DNA of 64,000 nucleotides from Amphiscolops sp. MND2022. Its lineage: Eukaryota. Shown here piece by piece: positions 1 through 12,358 of the stretch. The notes below the pieces were generated by a model, which was not told the DNA's origin, made no database searches, and was given only the letters and a program-made list of their open reading frames with translations. The stretch is from positions 74,464,001 through 74,528,000 of the forward strand of contig OZ076409.1 in assembly GCA_964187785.1 (NCBI GenBank). The letters run 5' to 3'. The first letter of the stretch is position 1. Each line of letters starts with the position of its first letter. The translations under genes were made by a program, and so were the position numbers.

Positions 1-260
1 GAAAAATGAGCTATAGAACAACTCTGTAGCTTAATCTGACGTTGACTTATGACATTTTGAGTGTGAGCATCCTATAGGATTTTAATGTCAAAAATGAGAT
101 TTTGTAAGTCATGTCTCATCAAAAACTCATCGGAATACGTTCAATCATCCCCATAGCTGTTCAATCACCGTTGCTTAGTAGAGCAACGCCATTTAACGTC
201 TTTGGACCCATTTTGAAAATTTTCGAAATCGTCTTATTCGTCCGATATCACGAAACAGTT

Positions 261-304
261 GAGTACATTCCATCTCCCCCTTGGGGGGAGATGAGAATGT
301 ACTC
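261..304 (+). other. Subterminal hairpin H1 (representative copy; present in nearly all short units)
   Basis: GAGTACATTC-CATCTCCCC-loop-GGGGAGATG-A-GAATGTACTC: ~19-bp stem with one unpaired base on the 3' arm and a variable loop, ~270 bp before the junction. Confidence 0.85.
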
Positions 305-501
305 GCCAAAGACCTGATATAATGGCCCATATTGTTTTTTATTTAACCTTTCTCACGATATTGCACACGGATAGCTGTGTTTGGTAAACGTTTTCCTTTG
401 CACCATACCTCCAAAAGCTAAACCACTTTTTTAGCTTACTACTTCTACTCAAACATCACTAACGTCAACGCCACACACTCTCACTAACGCCCACCGTCCG
501 T

Positions 502-521
502 GGGCATGCCGAGGCATGCCC
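502..521 (+). other. Core hairpin GGGCATGCC-GA-GGCATGCCC (representative; 36 intact copies)
   Basis: Perfect 9-bp inverted repeat, usually preceded by two (T/C)AACGCC direct repeats ~20 bp apart and flanked by CGTC...GACG; lies 40-50 nt before the terminal CTRG. Confidence 0.9.
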
Positions 522-571
522 TTCGACGACGTATGCCAAATAGCGCCACAGGGCGCAAATATTTCCGCTAG

Positions 572-1641
572 GTGGTCAAGGGGGATGCCCATCAGAAAAT
601 ATTGCGAGGCCGGGGAGGGTCCCGATTGCCGAGCACATTCTATCAATTCCTACCTTCAGGATTGCGAAGTATTTTAACCGATCTCGAAATTCACCCGTAG
701 GATTTGTCTGAAACTTTGCATGTGGCTTTATCTCAAAAATTTAAGAATTTTTTTCTGCTGACGTTTTTCCAGGAAAATTCATTTTGTAGGTTTTTTTTGC
801 CTTTTTTTGGTTTTTTTCATCTTTTTTCATCTTTGATTAATCAATGACCGAATCAAAGGCCATTTTCACCATGAAGGAAAGCCCGTAGCGGCAAAGTGCA
901 CTCTTATGAAAATCATCAACGGTCAACGGTCTTTCGAACGGTCCAAAAAAATTTCCCCCCGGGGGAAACCAAAGTGCCGAAAAGTGCCAAAATTATTTTT
1001 TTGACTGAATCACTTTGATCAAATTGATGATTTGAGCAGCCGGAACGGTCCGCACGGTCTCGGACAATAAGGTCAAAAATTGTCAGCATCCAATGGGGGT
1101 TCCAAAAATGTAATTCGTTCACCTGTAGGAGACATCAGAAAAAAGTTGATTTTTTGGGGTATATGTCATTATGAGTGATTGGATGAGAAATAATTGTATC
1201 ACTTTCAGTTGGATATGATGCAGCACAGGAAGCAGCTGCAGCAAACTTGAAACTGAATATGGGGCTGGGGTTTACCCTCTGTATCGAGCAAAATAGCCCT
1301 AGGGCATAAGTTGTGCCAAAAAATGCCTCAAAGTGATGATTTGGTTATTGCAAATCGATCAGCAAAATTTATTGTCACCGGTGTTCCGAGAGTTGCGCAG
1401 CATCTCGCAGGAACAACGGTGCTTGCTTAGAAAGCAAAAAACCACAAAATCCCTTGAGTTAAGTTGACGGCAGTCACCATAGACATTCACTCGTCAGGGT
1501 GATGATATTTATCGTTCAATCCCAGAATAACTTACAAAAAATTGCTAGCCTCAATATTTCTTTTTCATACTCCATTAGCAAAGGTTGCGCTGTTAAGTTT
1601 AGGCCTTTTATTAGCAGTGCTCTAAATCGCTCCATCGCTAG
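572..1641 (+). mobile_element. Divergent single-copy 1070-bp unit lacking the standard core hairpin
   Basis: Bounded by CTAG|GTG at both ends. Has the GGGGAGGGTCC box and CGATCTCGAAA...GAAACTTTGCATGTGGC motif at the normal offset, but an unrelated interior and its own hairpins at 1376-1421 and 1587-1620. Confidence 0.7.
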
Positions 1642-3683
1642 GTGGTCGGGGTTCTCTCCCCACCTTTATTTGCGAGCGCGGGAGACGGGTCCTGTCGCGA
1701 GCCTTAGATACCAAAAATAGCCTATCCGCGACCGGGTCAAAAAAATGCGATCTCGAAAACTAGCCGTACGATTTGGCTGAAATTTGGCACACGGCTTCCT
1801 ATAACAGTTCTAAGAAACATTTACTACTGACGTTTTGCTGGCAAAAATCGAAAAGTGGGTCAAAATAACGGTTTTTGGGGTAAAAAGTAGCGTTTTTTTG
1901 AAAATTTTGCATTTCACAGCCAATTACTCGGAAATGGTCGATCCAGCGCAGTAACGCCTTGCTGATTTATTGTTGGGCACGTCAAGAGGCGTACGTACAC
2001 AAACTTTCGTCAAAATTGGACTGAAACTTGGGGAGATATTAACGGTTTTTTGGGGGTTTCAAACCGCTATTTTACCGGAAATTGCACTTTTTGACCGGGA
2101 AGGAGTTGTCTGAGTGCGGGGTCGTCTGGTAATGTTTTGTAGAGCATCTGGGGACGTAGTGGGGGACATGTAATTTAATGACCCCGGTTAACCCCTCGGA
2201 CGGGAAATGACCGTTATGTGGGTTTTAAATGTGGCCCCCGCCAATTTTCCCCGTTATTTCCGGTGTGAAGGAGTGGTAGTAGCGCGTCGGGTGCCTTATA
2301 TCAAAAGTACGTTTAGACAAGGACCTATAGGAAACATGTGGTTTGGGACCCTTTGAACGGACCCGTTAGCCGCTAATGGGGTGACTGCCTCCTTTTTTTG
2401 GGGGTAAAACCGTAAAACGGGCATTGAAGTGAAATTAACTCGTGAACGCGTGGAGCTATCGTGTCCTTCACTACTACAAGGTTTCATACCCATGATATGG
2501 TGCCTTCAGGGGGGCGAACAGATTTCCGCTATCTATCACCGTTACGGACTTGGCCCCCCAGCCTAACCGCTATGTGACCGGAAATGTCACTTTTTGAGCC
2601 CAAATTGTCAGTCCCAGCGTGGCAACGTTAGGTAACATATTGTAGTACTCATTGAGACGAGTTGGGGGATTTAGTTTCAGTCACACCCTGTTGGCCCGTT
2701 AGGTCGGAAATGACCGTTATGTAGTGAAAAATGGGATTTTTATAGTTTTTGAAGGCCATTTCGGGCAGGAAGGAGGGGTAATATGACTTTGGACACCATA
2801 TGATGGAAGACGTGAAGTGTGACGAGCATTCCGGATTAACCGTTATGATGACCCGGAAGTCCCCCTGGCCCCGGAAATGACCAAAAAAATGTAACATTTT
2901 GTGTTTTTTGATTAAAAATGTTTGTTATTTAACCGAATAAAGTACATGTTAGGTGTTTCAATTTCTTCCAGAGGTGAATATAGTCCAATTACATGGTGGG
3001 GGGTAACGGTATATTGCCCCGGAAGTCCAACCCGTTGGGTCTGAGTATGTTTTTCGGGTTTTAAAATGTGTCAAAACGTACTTTTGTGTAATAAATCTCT
3101 ATTGTAGGCTAATAAGGACCATTTTTGAAGAGTTTAAATTTCTTCATAGTAGTTTGTGGAACACCAAAACCTCAAATAACATATAACGTTATGATATATT
3201 ATGATATCACACGTTATATTATGATAGCCTTTCAAGTTGGCCTTGTGTCAACTTGGAAAGGCTATCCTTCAAGACTCATACAACAAAGAAGTTTTTGGGT
3301 ACATTTGTAATGCTTTAGTGTCAATTAGAGTATCAACAAGAGTATACCAAGCACTAAAACTATGTCTAGTTTTCGTTATTAGGATATTAGTTTCCTGAAT
3401 ATTTGTCGGAAATGCTTTTTTTAATCTCTTTTAATGTGGTCTAAATACTCTGAAAACACTTTATCGAACCAATTTTCTTGGATGAACCTTAGTAACAATA
3501 CTAAAAATCGTAGACAACCTTGCTTCGTTTAAATATATGAAGCTGAAACCGCACCTTACCGTTGCTCAAACTTCAACCCGACGCCCCATAGCATACATCA
3601 ACGCACATCGTCTGTGGGCATGCCGAGGCATGCCCTTCGACGACGTATGCCAAATACCTTTAACCCGACGCCCGCAGTCCTGG
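1642..3683 (+). mobile_element. Long unit family L1 copy 1 (~2.0 kb, ACCGGAART-rich, ends CTGG)
   Basis: Near-identical to 18785-20799 end to end; many GACCGGAAAT/GACCGGAAGT motifs; hairpin GATAGCC...GGCTATC at 3223-3266; standard core; ends CAGTCCTGG|GTG. Confidence 0.85.
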
Positions 3684-5861
3684 GTGGATGGTATTTTATA
3701 ACAATTAAAGTGTTTTTTTCCGGAGTTTGTGGCTTTGGAAAAAACAAAAGGCGAGAAATTGGGCACTCCAGGCTGAACCTAAAAACACCCTAAAATTCGC
3801 CCGATTTTTTTACGATCTCGAAACCCAACCGTACGATTTGGCTGAAAATTTGCATGTGGCTCCTAATCAATGAGTAATGAAAAAGTGTAGAAGTGACTTT
3901 TCCTGGGAAAATTGTTTTTGTTGCACTTTTTGCGCAATTTTTGACCCATTGTTGCGTTTTTTATGTCACTTTCGACTTTTCAGGCAAAAAACTCATAGAT
4001 GCTTTGATCCTAGCGCATCCAGTGTTTCGACCAAAAAGTTGCAACATGGTCTTTTACGTACGTTGTGAAAATTTGGTAGCCATCGTATCACCCCCCACTG
4101 AGTTAGAGGGGAACTTCCGGTGGATTTTAGCACCCTAAAAACAAGGACCTCCTAAACTTCAGCATGAAGCCGTAGTTTTAGCGTGCTCATAACCTGCTGA
4201 AGTTTTGTTGGGCATGTTGAGATAGTCATGATAGCATGTGTTTAGTTCACCCCCCATCACCCCCTGGACCGGAAATGAACTTTTTGTGCACTATCATTCC
4301 GGAAGTCTCCAGTTTCACCGTTAAGCAGTCCTTGTACGAGCAACTACCAGGTCATCAAAATTGAAGTACCACCTGAGGTCAACGTAGTGACTACGTGTTG
4401 TCCAGTCATAGGTTCCTCTATGACCGGAAATGGGGTCAAAACCCCCTTTTTTGGTTGTTTTTTAACAATTTGACTAGTGTTTGGTCCACAATCAAGTCGC
4501 GTAAGTCCATTGAATCAGTGAGAGCAGAAATTGTATGTTCACTGCGTAGACATAACTGACTCTGACAGATACCGGAAGTAACCCCCCGTGACCGGAAGTT
4601 GTCATTTTTGACCGGAAATGGTCCAAAATAAAGCGTAAAATCAGTTTTTCACTGCTTTTTAAAGTCAACTTATTACTTTTTCAATCTTCGCGAGCTTGTA
4701 TTCAGATTCGTTTGTGTTACCCGTGCACTTTGCAACGAATATACATCTGTAAAGTTTTCTCTATATTATAGTCTGATAGAGAAATAACGTGTTTTTGGGA
4801 CTTTTTTCAAAATTATTAGACTATATCTGTCATTTTGACCCAACGTTATTCAACAGTACAACCACAGTGGTTAGTCTCTGCCCAAATATATGCCTAACAA
4901 AACTATTTGGCCCATTGGCCTCAGTTTGAGCGTTCCAGCTTTGCGTGTTCATTAGCTAAGGGACTTGAAAAATTTTCAAACTTTTTCAAAAAAAATTTTT
5001 CTCATATTTTTGTCTCCCAGAGTGAAGAAACTTTCACACAACTAGGATTGCTACTGGATGCATGTGGCAAGCCCTATAATTGAAGGGAAAAATTCCGCTT
5101 AGAACGTCTCTTTATCGTAACTTGACGTTAACGTATGGTGCTTTGAATGAGAGCTTGATAAGAGGTCGAGAAGTCAAAGTGTGTGAATGGAACGTATGTC
5201 TCGTCGCAAACTCATCGGAATACATGCAATGAACCCCAATTGTCCTGAATTGCAGTTGCCTACTGCAACAACGTTTTTCTGGTACATTTTACTCTTTTTC
5301 ATAAGTGTCAAAATTAGTTTTAAATTCAGTTAGCAAGAAACAATTGAGTACATTTTCATCTCTCCCCAGCGGGTGAGATGAGAATGTTCTTGCTAAATGC
5401 CAGGTACTACGGCCTCCTTTTGTTTTATTGCGATGCATTCTCTGCTTCAGCACATAGATATTTTATTTCGCTTGATTGTTTGTATACTCTCTGACTTGTT
5501 ATTATAAATTTCTCGTCATTACTTTACATAAATTTGCAACCATGAAACGGTATCGTCAACGCCACATACATTTAGACGCCACCATTCCGTAGGTATGTCG
5601 AGGCATACCTTTCGATTACGTATGTCAAAACGCAAACGCGATAAAAAATGCTGAAAGTCTGAAACAGTGACAAACAATTTTGACTATTTGACATATGGTA
5701 TGTTTTTATATGGAAGTTACGCATCACAGACATTTCACAACTTTCCAGCTGACGCCCACATACCAACATCAACGCCCACCGTCCGTGGGCATGCCGAGGC
5801 ATGCCCTTCGACGACGTATGCCAATTTCTATATATCTACACCCAATTGCGGTAGCAGCTAG
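3684..5861 (+). mobile_element. Chimeric 2.18-kb unit with an extra degenerate core
   Basis: Region ~4080-4690 is homologous to ~10070-10670 of unit 9696-11083. The 3' half carries short-unit modules (hairpin at ~5346-5390), a decayed core at ~5575-5628 and an intact core at ~5778-5823. Confidence 0.75.
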
Positions 5862-7141
5862 GTGGCCGGAAATTTTTTTTTTCAGCAAAATCTTTGCCAT
5901 TGGGGGAGGGGCCCCGGATGGCCAGTAGTTCGGCTTGGCTACCTGCAAAATCAGGTACAAAAAAACACGATCTCAAAATTGGCCCGTCAGAATTCGCTCA
6001 TTTTTTGCATGCGGCCCTAGAATCAATATATAAGAACAAAGTCCTGCTGACGTTTTACCCAAAAAACATTTTTTGTTGACCAAAAATAACATTTTTCATG
6101 CCAAAATGACCGTTTTTTCACATTTTTCAACTTTGAGAGCTCATATCTCGTTCCCAAGTGCCCGGAGCGGTTCGCCCGTGAACTGCAAAATTGCTCAGCG
6201 TTGTTAGCGGAGTGCGTGGACAAATTTTGGTCCAAATCGGACTCAAACTCGGGGAGATATAAACGGATTTTTGGGGGTTTCCGGGGTAAATTTTTTAACG
6301 GTCCAGCTTATCTTTGCCATTTTTTGGAAAATGTACTCGCCTAAAGGCCTCCCCCTGGCCGAATTTACTCCCAGCAAAACCATTTGGCCCTAAATACGGA
6401 GTTTCAGCGTTCTAGCATTTCCGGGCGAAAAGTTGTGGGACTTAGAAAAAATTCAAAATTTTTCAAAAAAATTTTTTTTTTCGTTTTCCGGCCCCCAATG
6501 AAGGGGAACGACCCCCCAACTAGGATTTTTGGTGAATCCATGCGAAAAGGTCTTGTTTAGTGGAGAAAAATGCCGTCTAGAGCGACTTTTTATCTTAACT
6601 TGACGTTGACTTATGTCGTTTTGAATTTGATATTAGTATGTGTTGAGCATGTGAAAAGTTGAATATTTCAGTTGTTCTTTCGTGTTAGCCATTGAGATAC
6701 AAGCTGTAGTGATCAAATTGTGATTTTTTGCAGTTTCGTGGTGCTTTTGGTGTATTTTGATTCATTTGATAAAAAAGTTGTTCTTTATATATTGACAATT
6801 TTGGTGTATTGATTCAAATGAACATGAAACAGTTGAGTACATTTCATCTCCCTCTTGAGGGAGATGAGAATGTACTCGCTAAAGTCCTAGTACTATGGCC
6901 CGTTTTTGTTTTTATCAGACGTAGATACTGCCAACGGATACTTTTTGTTGGTGCAACTTTCCTGTGCACAATGTCTTTAGAAGCTAGAAAACTCTATGTC
7001 TCTAGCTTACTTCTCCTACAAATTCGTCACCAACGTCAACGCCACACACTCTCACTAACGCCCACCGTCTGTGGGCATGCCGAGGCATGCCCTTCGACGA
7101 CGTATGCCAAATAGCGCCACAGGGCGCCCAATTTTGTCTAG
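5862..7141 (+). mobile_element. Short unit family B copy 1
   Basis: Near-identical over its full length to 29878-31155 (GTGGCCGGAAATTTTT...GGGCGCCCAATTTTGTCTAG) but with different neighbours on both sides. Confidence 0.85.
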
Positions 7142-9695
7142 GTGGCCGCGTCTTTTAGATGGACTTTTAGCCCTGAGGCGCGGGTAGGGTCCTGCGCCGA
7201 AACAGAGAAATTATACTACTGCACATAGCCCCGGTCCAGACACGATCTCGAAAACTGACCGTTAGAAATTCCTGAAAATTTGCATGTGGCCCCCAATTGG
7301 CGAGCAATGAAAAAGTGTAGGTGGTCGTTTTTCCCAAATTCCACTGTGAGAGGAGATATATGAAAAAAACGGACCCCAAAATGACGAAATTTTCACTTTT
7401 TGACCAAAAATGTGACATTATCTCCTCAGACAAGGCTCGGAGCAAAATTTGTCAGAACCCAAACCTGCAGCAGACTGTTAGAGCAGTGCACACAGTAAGT
7501 TTGAAGGAAATCGGATAATCACATGTGGAGAAATTGACGTTTTTCCGGCGAAATTTTTCGCAAATGCAGTCTATCTCTGCCGTTTTTTGCCCAAAATTTT
7601 TCCGAGACCTTCTCCTAAAGGCCTCCCCTGGCCCAATTTCCTCCCAAAAAAACCATTTGGCCCTAAATACGAGGTTTCAGCGTTCCAGCATTCCCCAGTG
7701 AAAAGTTATGGGACTTAGAAATTTTTCAAATATTTTCAATTTTTTTCTAAAAAAGTTCAGGCCGCCCAAAGTGAAGAAACTTCCACACAACTAGTATTGC
7801 AAGTGAATGCATGTGGAAAGCCCTGCACTTGACGAGAAAAATGCCGTTTAGAACGTCTTTTTATCTTTACTTGATGTTGACTTATGATCTTTTGAGTAAC
7901 GTATAACACGTGATCACAGTAGTGAAAATCCTAATTTTCAATAATTTTCAAACAAAAACGCATGAAAAGAATCTGGAAAGGTTCCGATGGGTCAGTCGGG
8001 ATGTCTGAAGCATGTGTACATTCCCGTAGTGTATAGCGGATGTTTTGGGACTTATTAGAAATTGTGATATATTTTATACAAGTCTTTGTTTCTCATAGAA
8101 TCTTATGCAGTTGAGTACATTCCATCTCCCTCTCAGGGGAGATGTGAATGTACGTTTGCCAAATGCCTTGTAAAGTTCACATGTTTGATGGACTTAACTA
8201 AAGAAACAAGTGTGAGTTGCGTTTGCCGAATCGCTACAGCAAAAAATACTAAAACTTTAGTCAGATTGAATGGTTTTTGTCGTTAGTGTTTCTTCTTGTA
8301 TAGCCGACTTCCACATCCAATTATCAACGCCCACCGTCCGTAGGCATGCCGAGGCATGCCTTTCGACGACGTATGCCAAATACCCAATGCCACACAGTCT
8401 TTCCCCGCTAGGTGCCGGTGTATTTTTACACAATGGGGGATGTTGCGCGTGTGGGGAGGGTCCCTGACGCGCTTCCGTGGTTTCGGGTCTTCTAACCTAT
8501 GATAGCGTGACACCTGACTTCGATCTCGTAAACTAGCCGTACGATTTGGCTGAAATTTGGCACACGTACCCCCCTCGGCACGGTGAAGATGATTTCCTAC
8601 TGACGTTTTTCCCGCTAAACATTTTTTGTTGACCAAAATAACGGTTTTTGGGGTAAAATTTTCAACTTTTTTTAAATTTCATCTTATATCTCGCCACGGG
8701 TACACGCTAGCGCTTCCAAACCTTGCTGACGAAAGTTTGCAAACTGTCTCAGGAATGCTGTGTGAAATTTTCAGCTCAATCGGACTCAAACTTGAGGAGA
8801 TATAGCGTTTTTCCGGAGCGGGGGGGTTTCATTTTTCTAACGGTCCAGCTTATCTTTGCCATTTTTTCGAAAATGCACTCGCCTAAAGGCCTCCCCTGGC
8901 CGGTTTTATTCCCAGCAAAACCATTTGGCCCTAAATACGGAGTTTCAGCGTTCCAGCATTCCTGGGCGAAAAGTTGTGGGACTTAGAAAAGTTCAAAAAA
9001 TTTCAAAAATTTTTTTTCCGTTATTTGGGCCCCCAAAGTGGGGGAAAAGACCCCCCAACCAGTAAAGCAAGTGAATGCATGTGCAAAGCCCTTGTTTAGA
9101 GGAGAAAAATGCCGTTTAGAACGTCTTTTTATCTTGGCTCAACGTTGACTTATGACGTTTTGAAGGTGATGTTTGGATGTGTAAAGCACGTGAATAGTAA
9201 ACGTTATGAGTATTTATCTGATCTGAAAGCCATTGAGATGCAATATGGTTTGCTCAAAACGTAATTCATGGCAGTTTGGCAATCAATCAACACCCGTTGT
9301 CGTTTGACATACTTTTTTGTTGTTATAAAAAAAATTTTGTGTAATTATTCATTTTTTTCTCATCAAATAACTTGAAACAGTTGAGTACATTCCATCCCCC
9401 CTTCCGGGGGAGATGAGAATGTACTCGCAAAAAGCTCCGAATTACGGCCCTTACCTTCCCGAGCTACGCAGTATAAGGATTGCATATTGGTTCCGACATT
9501 TTCATAGAGTTAAATCTTGGTAATCTGTCTGGATATGCAGAAAAATCAGCACGTGCCTTTTAATACCAAGTTGCTTACAACGACAATTATTTTATATCAA
9601 CGCCCCCATATTTATCAACGCCCCCCGTCCGTGGGCATGCCGAGGCATGCCCTTCGACGACGTATACCAAGATATGCGTTAACGCGTTAGCCTAG

Positions 9696-11083
9696 GTGGT
9701 TGGGGCGGTCCCCAGAACGCACAAGGAGGCGCGGGGAGGGTCCTGCGCCGACGTAGAATAATTTCATATAATACTAGTATCCTACATGGGTGTTTTAGAG
9801 GCGATTTTGGAATCTAACCGTAGGATTTGGATAATTTTTTGCATGCGGCCATAACTCGAAATTCTAAGAACTTTTTCTTACTGTCATTTTCCCCGCAAAT
9901 TGTTTTTCGTTGACTTATGGCCGAAAAACCGGAAATAACGTCCTTTTTAGACGTTATATCCGAAGTGTCGTCATAACTTTTTTCCAGGGCATGCTAGCGT
10001 TCTCGTTCACTTTTACACTTAGTTGCAGCATCTCAAAATACAACTGGTGGAAAATTTTGGTTGCATTCGGATCACCCCCCACCGAGATAGTAGGGTTCCC
10101 CCCTCCAGTTTTACCCCCCAAATTTGCAAAATAGCCAATTTTGAGCATGAAGCCGAGGATTTAGCGTACCCGCACCCTTCTGATGTTTTGTTGTACGTAT
10201 TGGGGTCAATCTGACCACATGTGTGGTTTTCACCCCCAACCCCCCCTGGGACCGGAAATGACATTTTTTTGTGTTTTTTGGCAGAATTTAGCCTTTTTCA
10301 TTATTAGGCAGTCGTTTTAGGGACTCTTAGCAGGATATCGAAATTGAAATACAACCTGATCACAACCCAGTGACAACATGTTGGCCACTTGGAGGTATCA
10401 TCATGACCGGAAGTGGGGTCAACCCCCCTTTTTGTGACCGCTTTTTGACCTTGTGCACCAAAATGCCAACATCTTGAGGCCTAATGAGGCATTCAAATCT
10501 GTACAAAGATAAAATGTTAGACAACCGAAGTCCCGGAAGATCTTTAGCATATACCGGAAGTTACCCCCCATGACCGGAAGTTACCCAATGTGACCGGAAA
10601 TGGTCCAAAAATTAATGTAAAGTTGAATTTTTCACTACTTCAAGACCACTTAATTGAAACTTTTCAATCTCAAAACTAGTGTACTGGCTTGTTTTGCTGA
10701 ATTTATGGAAATTGATGAGCTCTATCGCCCCCGATAGCCTTCGAAGTTGACCTTCCGTCAACTTTGGAGGCTATCGATAAAGAAAAATGAACAACAAAGT
10801 ACATTGTTGCTCTCGTTTTTTCCCGTTGTTTTTCCTCAAACATTCTTGAGACATATACATGGCCGTTAGTTGAAATCAATATTTAGGCCATGTTATAGCT
10901 GGAGCAGCGAAGCGTTACACAGACTAGTGTGGTTTTGAAATCACACTATTTAAATTAACAACTGACCGTCTTAGTCAACTCCACACATTCATACCAACGC
11001 CCAACGTCTGTGGGCATGCCGAGGCATGCCCTTCGACGACGTATGACGAATCCATTCCAACGACACCCGCAGTCCTCAGCTAG
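9696..11083 (+). mobile_element. 1.39-kb single-copy unit, ACCGGAART-rich, with GATAGCC-type hairpin
   Basis: Bounded by CTAG|GTG; hairpin at 10733-10775; standard core near 11005-11045. Confidence 0.75.
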
Positions 11084-12358
11084 GTGGCCGGGAACTTTTT
11101 TTCCTGCATTTTTCTGTCCAATTGGGGGAGGGGCCCCAAGTGGCTGTTATCCGGTTTTACTACCTACCCTAAACACGCTCAAAAAATGACGATCTCGAAA
11201 ACCACCCCTTAGATTTTCCTGAAACTTTGCATACAGGCCTAGAATCAAATCCTAAGAACTATTTCCTACTGGCGTTTTTCCGAATTTTTTCAAAAAGTTG
11301 GTCAAAAATGCAACAAAAGTTGCCAATGGACATAAAAAACGCAACTTTTCGACTTTGAGGGCCCATAACTTTTTTCAGAGTGCCCGGAGCGATTCGCACA
11401 ATGAAAACAATATTGCTCAGCATTGTCGGAGGAGTGCGTGGACAAATTTTGGTTTGAATCGGATGAAAAATGACTGAGAAATAAACGCAAATTTTCGTGC
11501 ATTTGTTGCAAATACCAGTCTATCTCTGCCATTTTCGCACAAAATTTTTCCCAGAGCCTTTACAGGAGGCAACCCCTGCCCCAATTTCTGCCGAGCAAAC
11601 CCATTTGGCCCTAAATACGGAGTTTCAGCATTCTAGGATTCCCGGGCGAAAAGTTGTGGGACTTAGAAAAATTTCAAAAAAACGCAAAAATTGTAAAAAG
11701 TAACTTCAGGCGCCCCAAAGTCTCAAAACTTCCACACAACTAGTATTGCAAGTGAATGCATGTGGAAAGTACTCGGATAGACGAGAAAAATGAGCTATAG
11801 AACAACTCTGTAGCTTAATCTGAAGTTGACTTATGACTTTTTGAGTGTGAGCATCCTATAGGATTTTAATGTCAAAAATGAGATTTTGTAAGTCATGTCT
11901 CATCAAAAACTCATCGGAATACGTTCAATCATCCCCATAGCTGTTCAATCACCGTTGCTTAGTAGAGCAACGCCATTTAATGTCTTTGGATCCATTTTGA
12001 AAATTTTCCTTACCGTCTTATTCGTCCGATATCACGAAACAATTGAGTACATTCCATCTCCCCCCTTGTGGGGGAGATGAGAATGTACTCGCCAAAGACC
12101 TAATACAATGGCCCATATTGGTTTTTATTTGACTTTTCTCACAATATTGCACACGAATAACTGTGTTTGGTAAAAGTTTTCCTTTGCACCATGTCTCCAG
12201 AAGCTAAACCACTTCTTCAGCTGACTACTTCTACTCAAACATCACTAACGTCAACGCCACATACTCGCATCAACGCCCACCGTCCGTGGGCATGCCGAGG
12301 CATGCCCTTCGACGACGTATGCCAAATAGCGCCACCTGGCGCCCCCAATTTCCGCTAG
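11084..12358 (+). mobile_element. Short unit family C (relatives: partial unit 1-571, 49854-51126, truncated 51127-52103)
   Basis: Shares the GTCATGTCTCATCAAAAACTCATCGGAATACG module with the listed units, and complete members end in TAGCGCCAC...GGCGC tails. Confidence 0.8.

Noticed and set aside
261..304. H1 as abutting terminal inverted repeats, i.e. the true unit boundary
   Set aside because: Sequence on both sides of H1 stays linked in duplicated units (family B), long units lack H1, and neighbour switching occurs at CTRG|GTG.
280..312. Hammerhead ribozyme in H1 (GATGAG..CTC)
   Set aside because: The required CUGANGA and GAAA cores are absent (GAGATGA and GCCAAA/GCAAAA instead).
568..574. 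Junction AG|GT as recursive splice sites, introner stack or group II intron ends
   Set aside because: Donors are GTGCC/GTGGN rather than GTRAG, there is no polypyrimidine tract, two junctions are CTGG|GTG, and no group II domain V or AY end is seen. RNA-seq could still test it.
563..577. CTCF-like site formed at some junctions (CCGCTAGGTGG)
   Set aside because: Only a minority of junctions match and the 3' GCG/GCA part is missing; cannot be supported without a PWM scan or ChIP.
9680..9700. Bacterial integron attC (GCGTTAG / CTAAC similarity)
   Set aside because: Present only in some tails; no cassette ORFs, no tyrosine integrase and no proper R/L box pairing. Integron is used only as an analogy.
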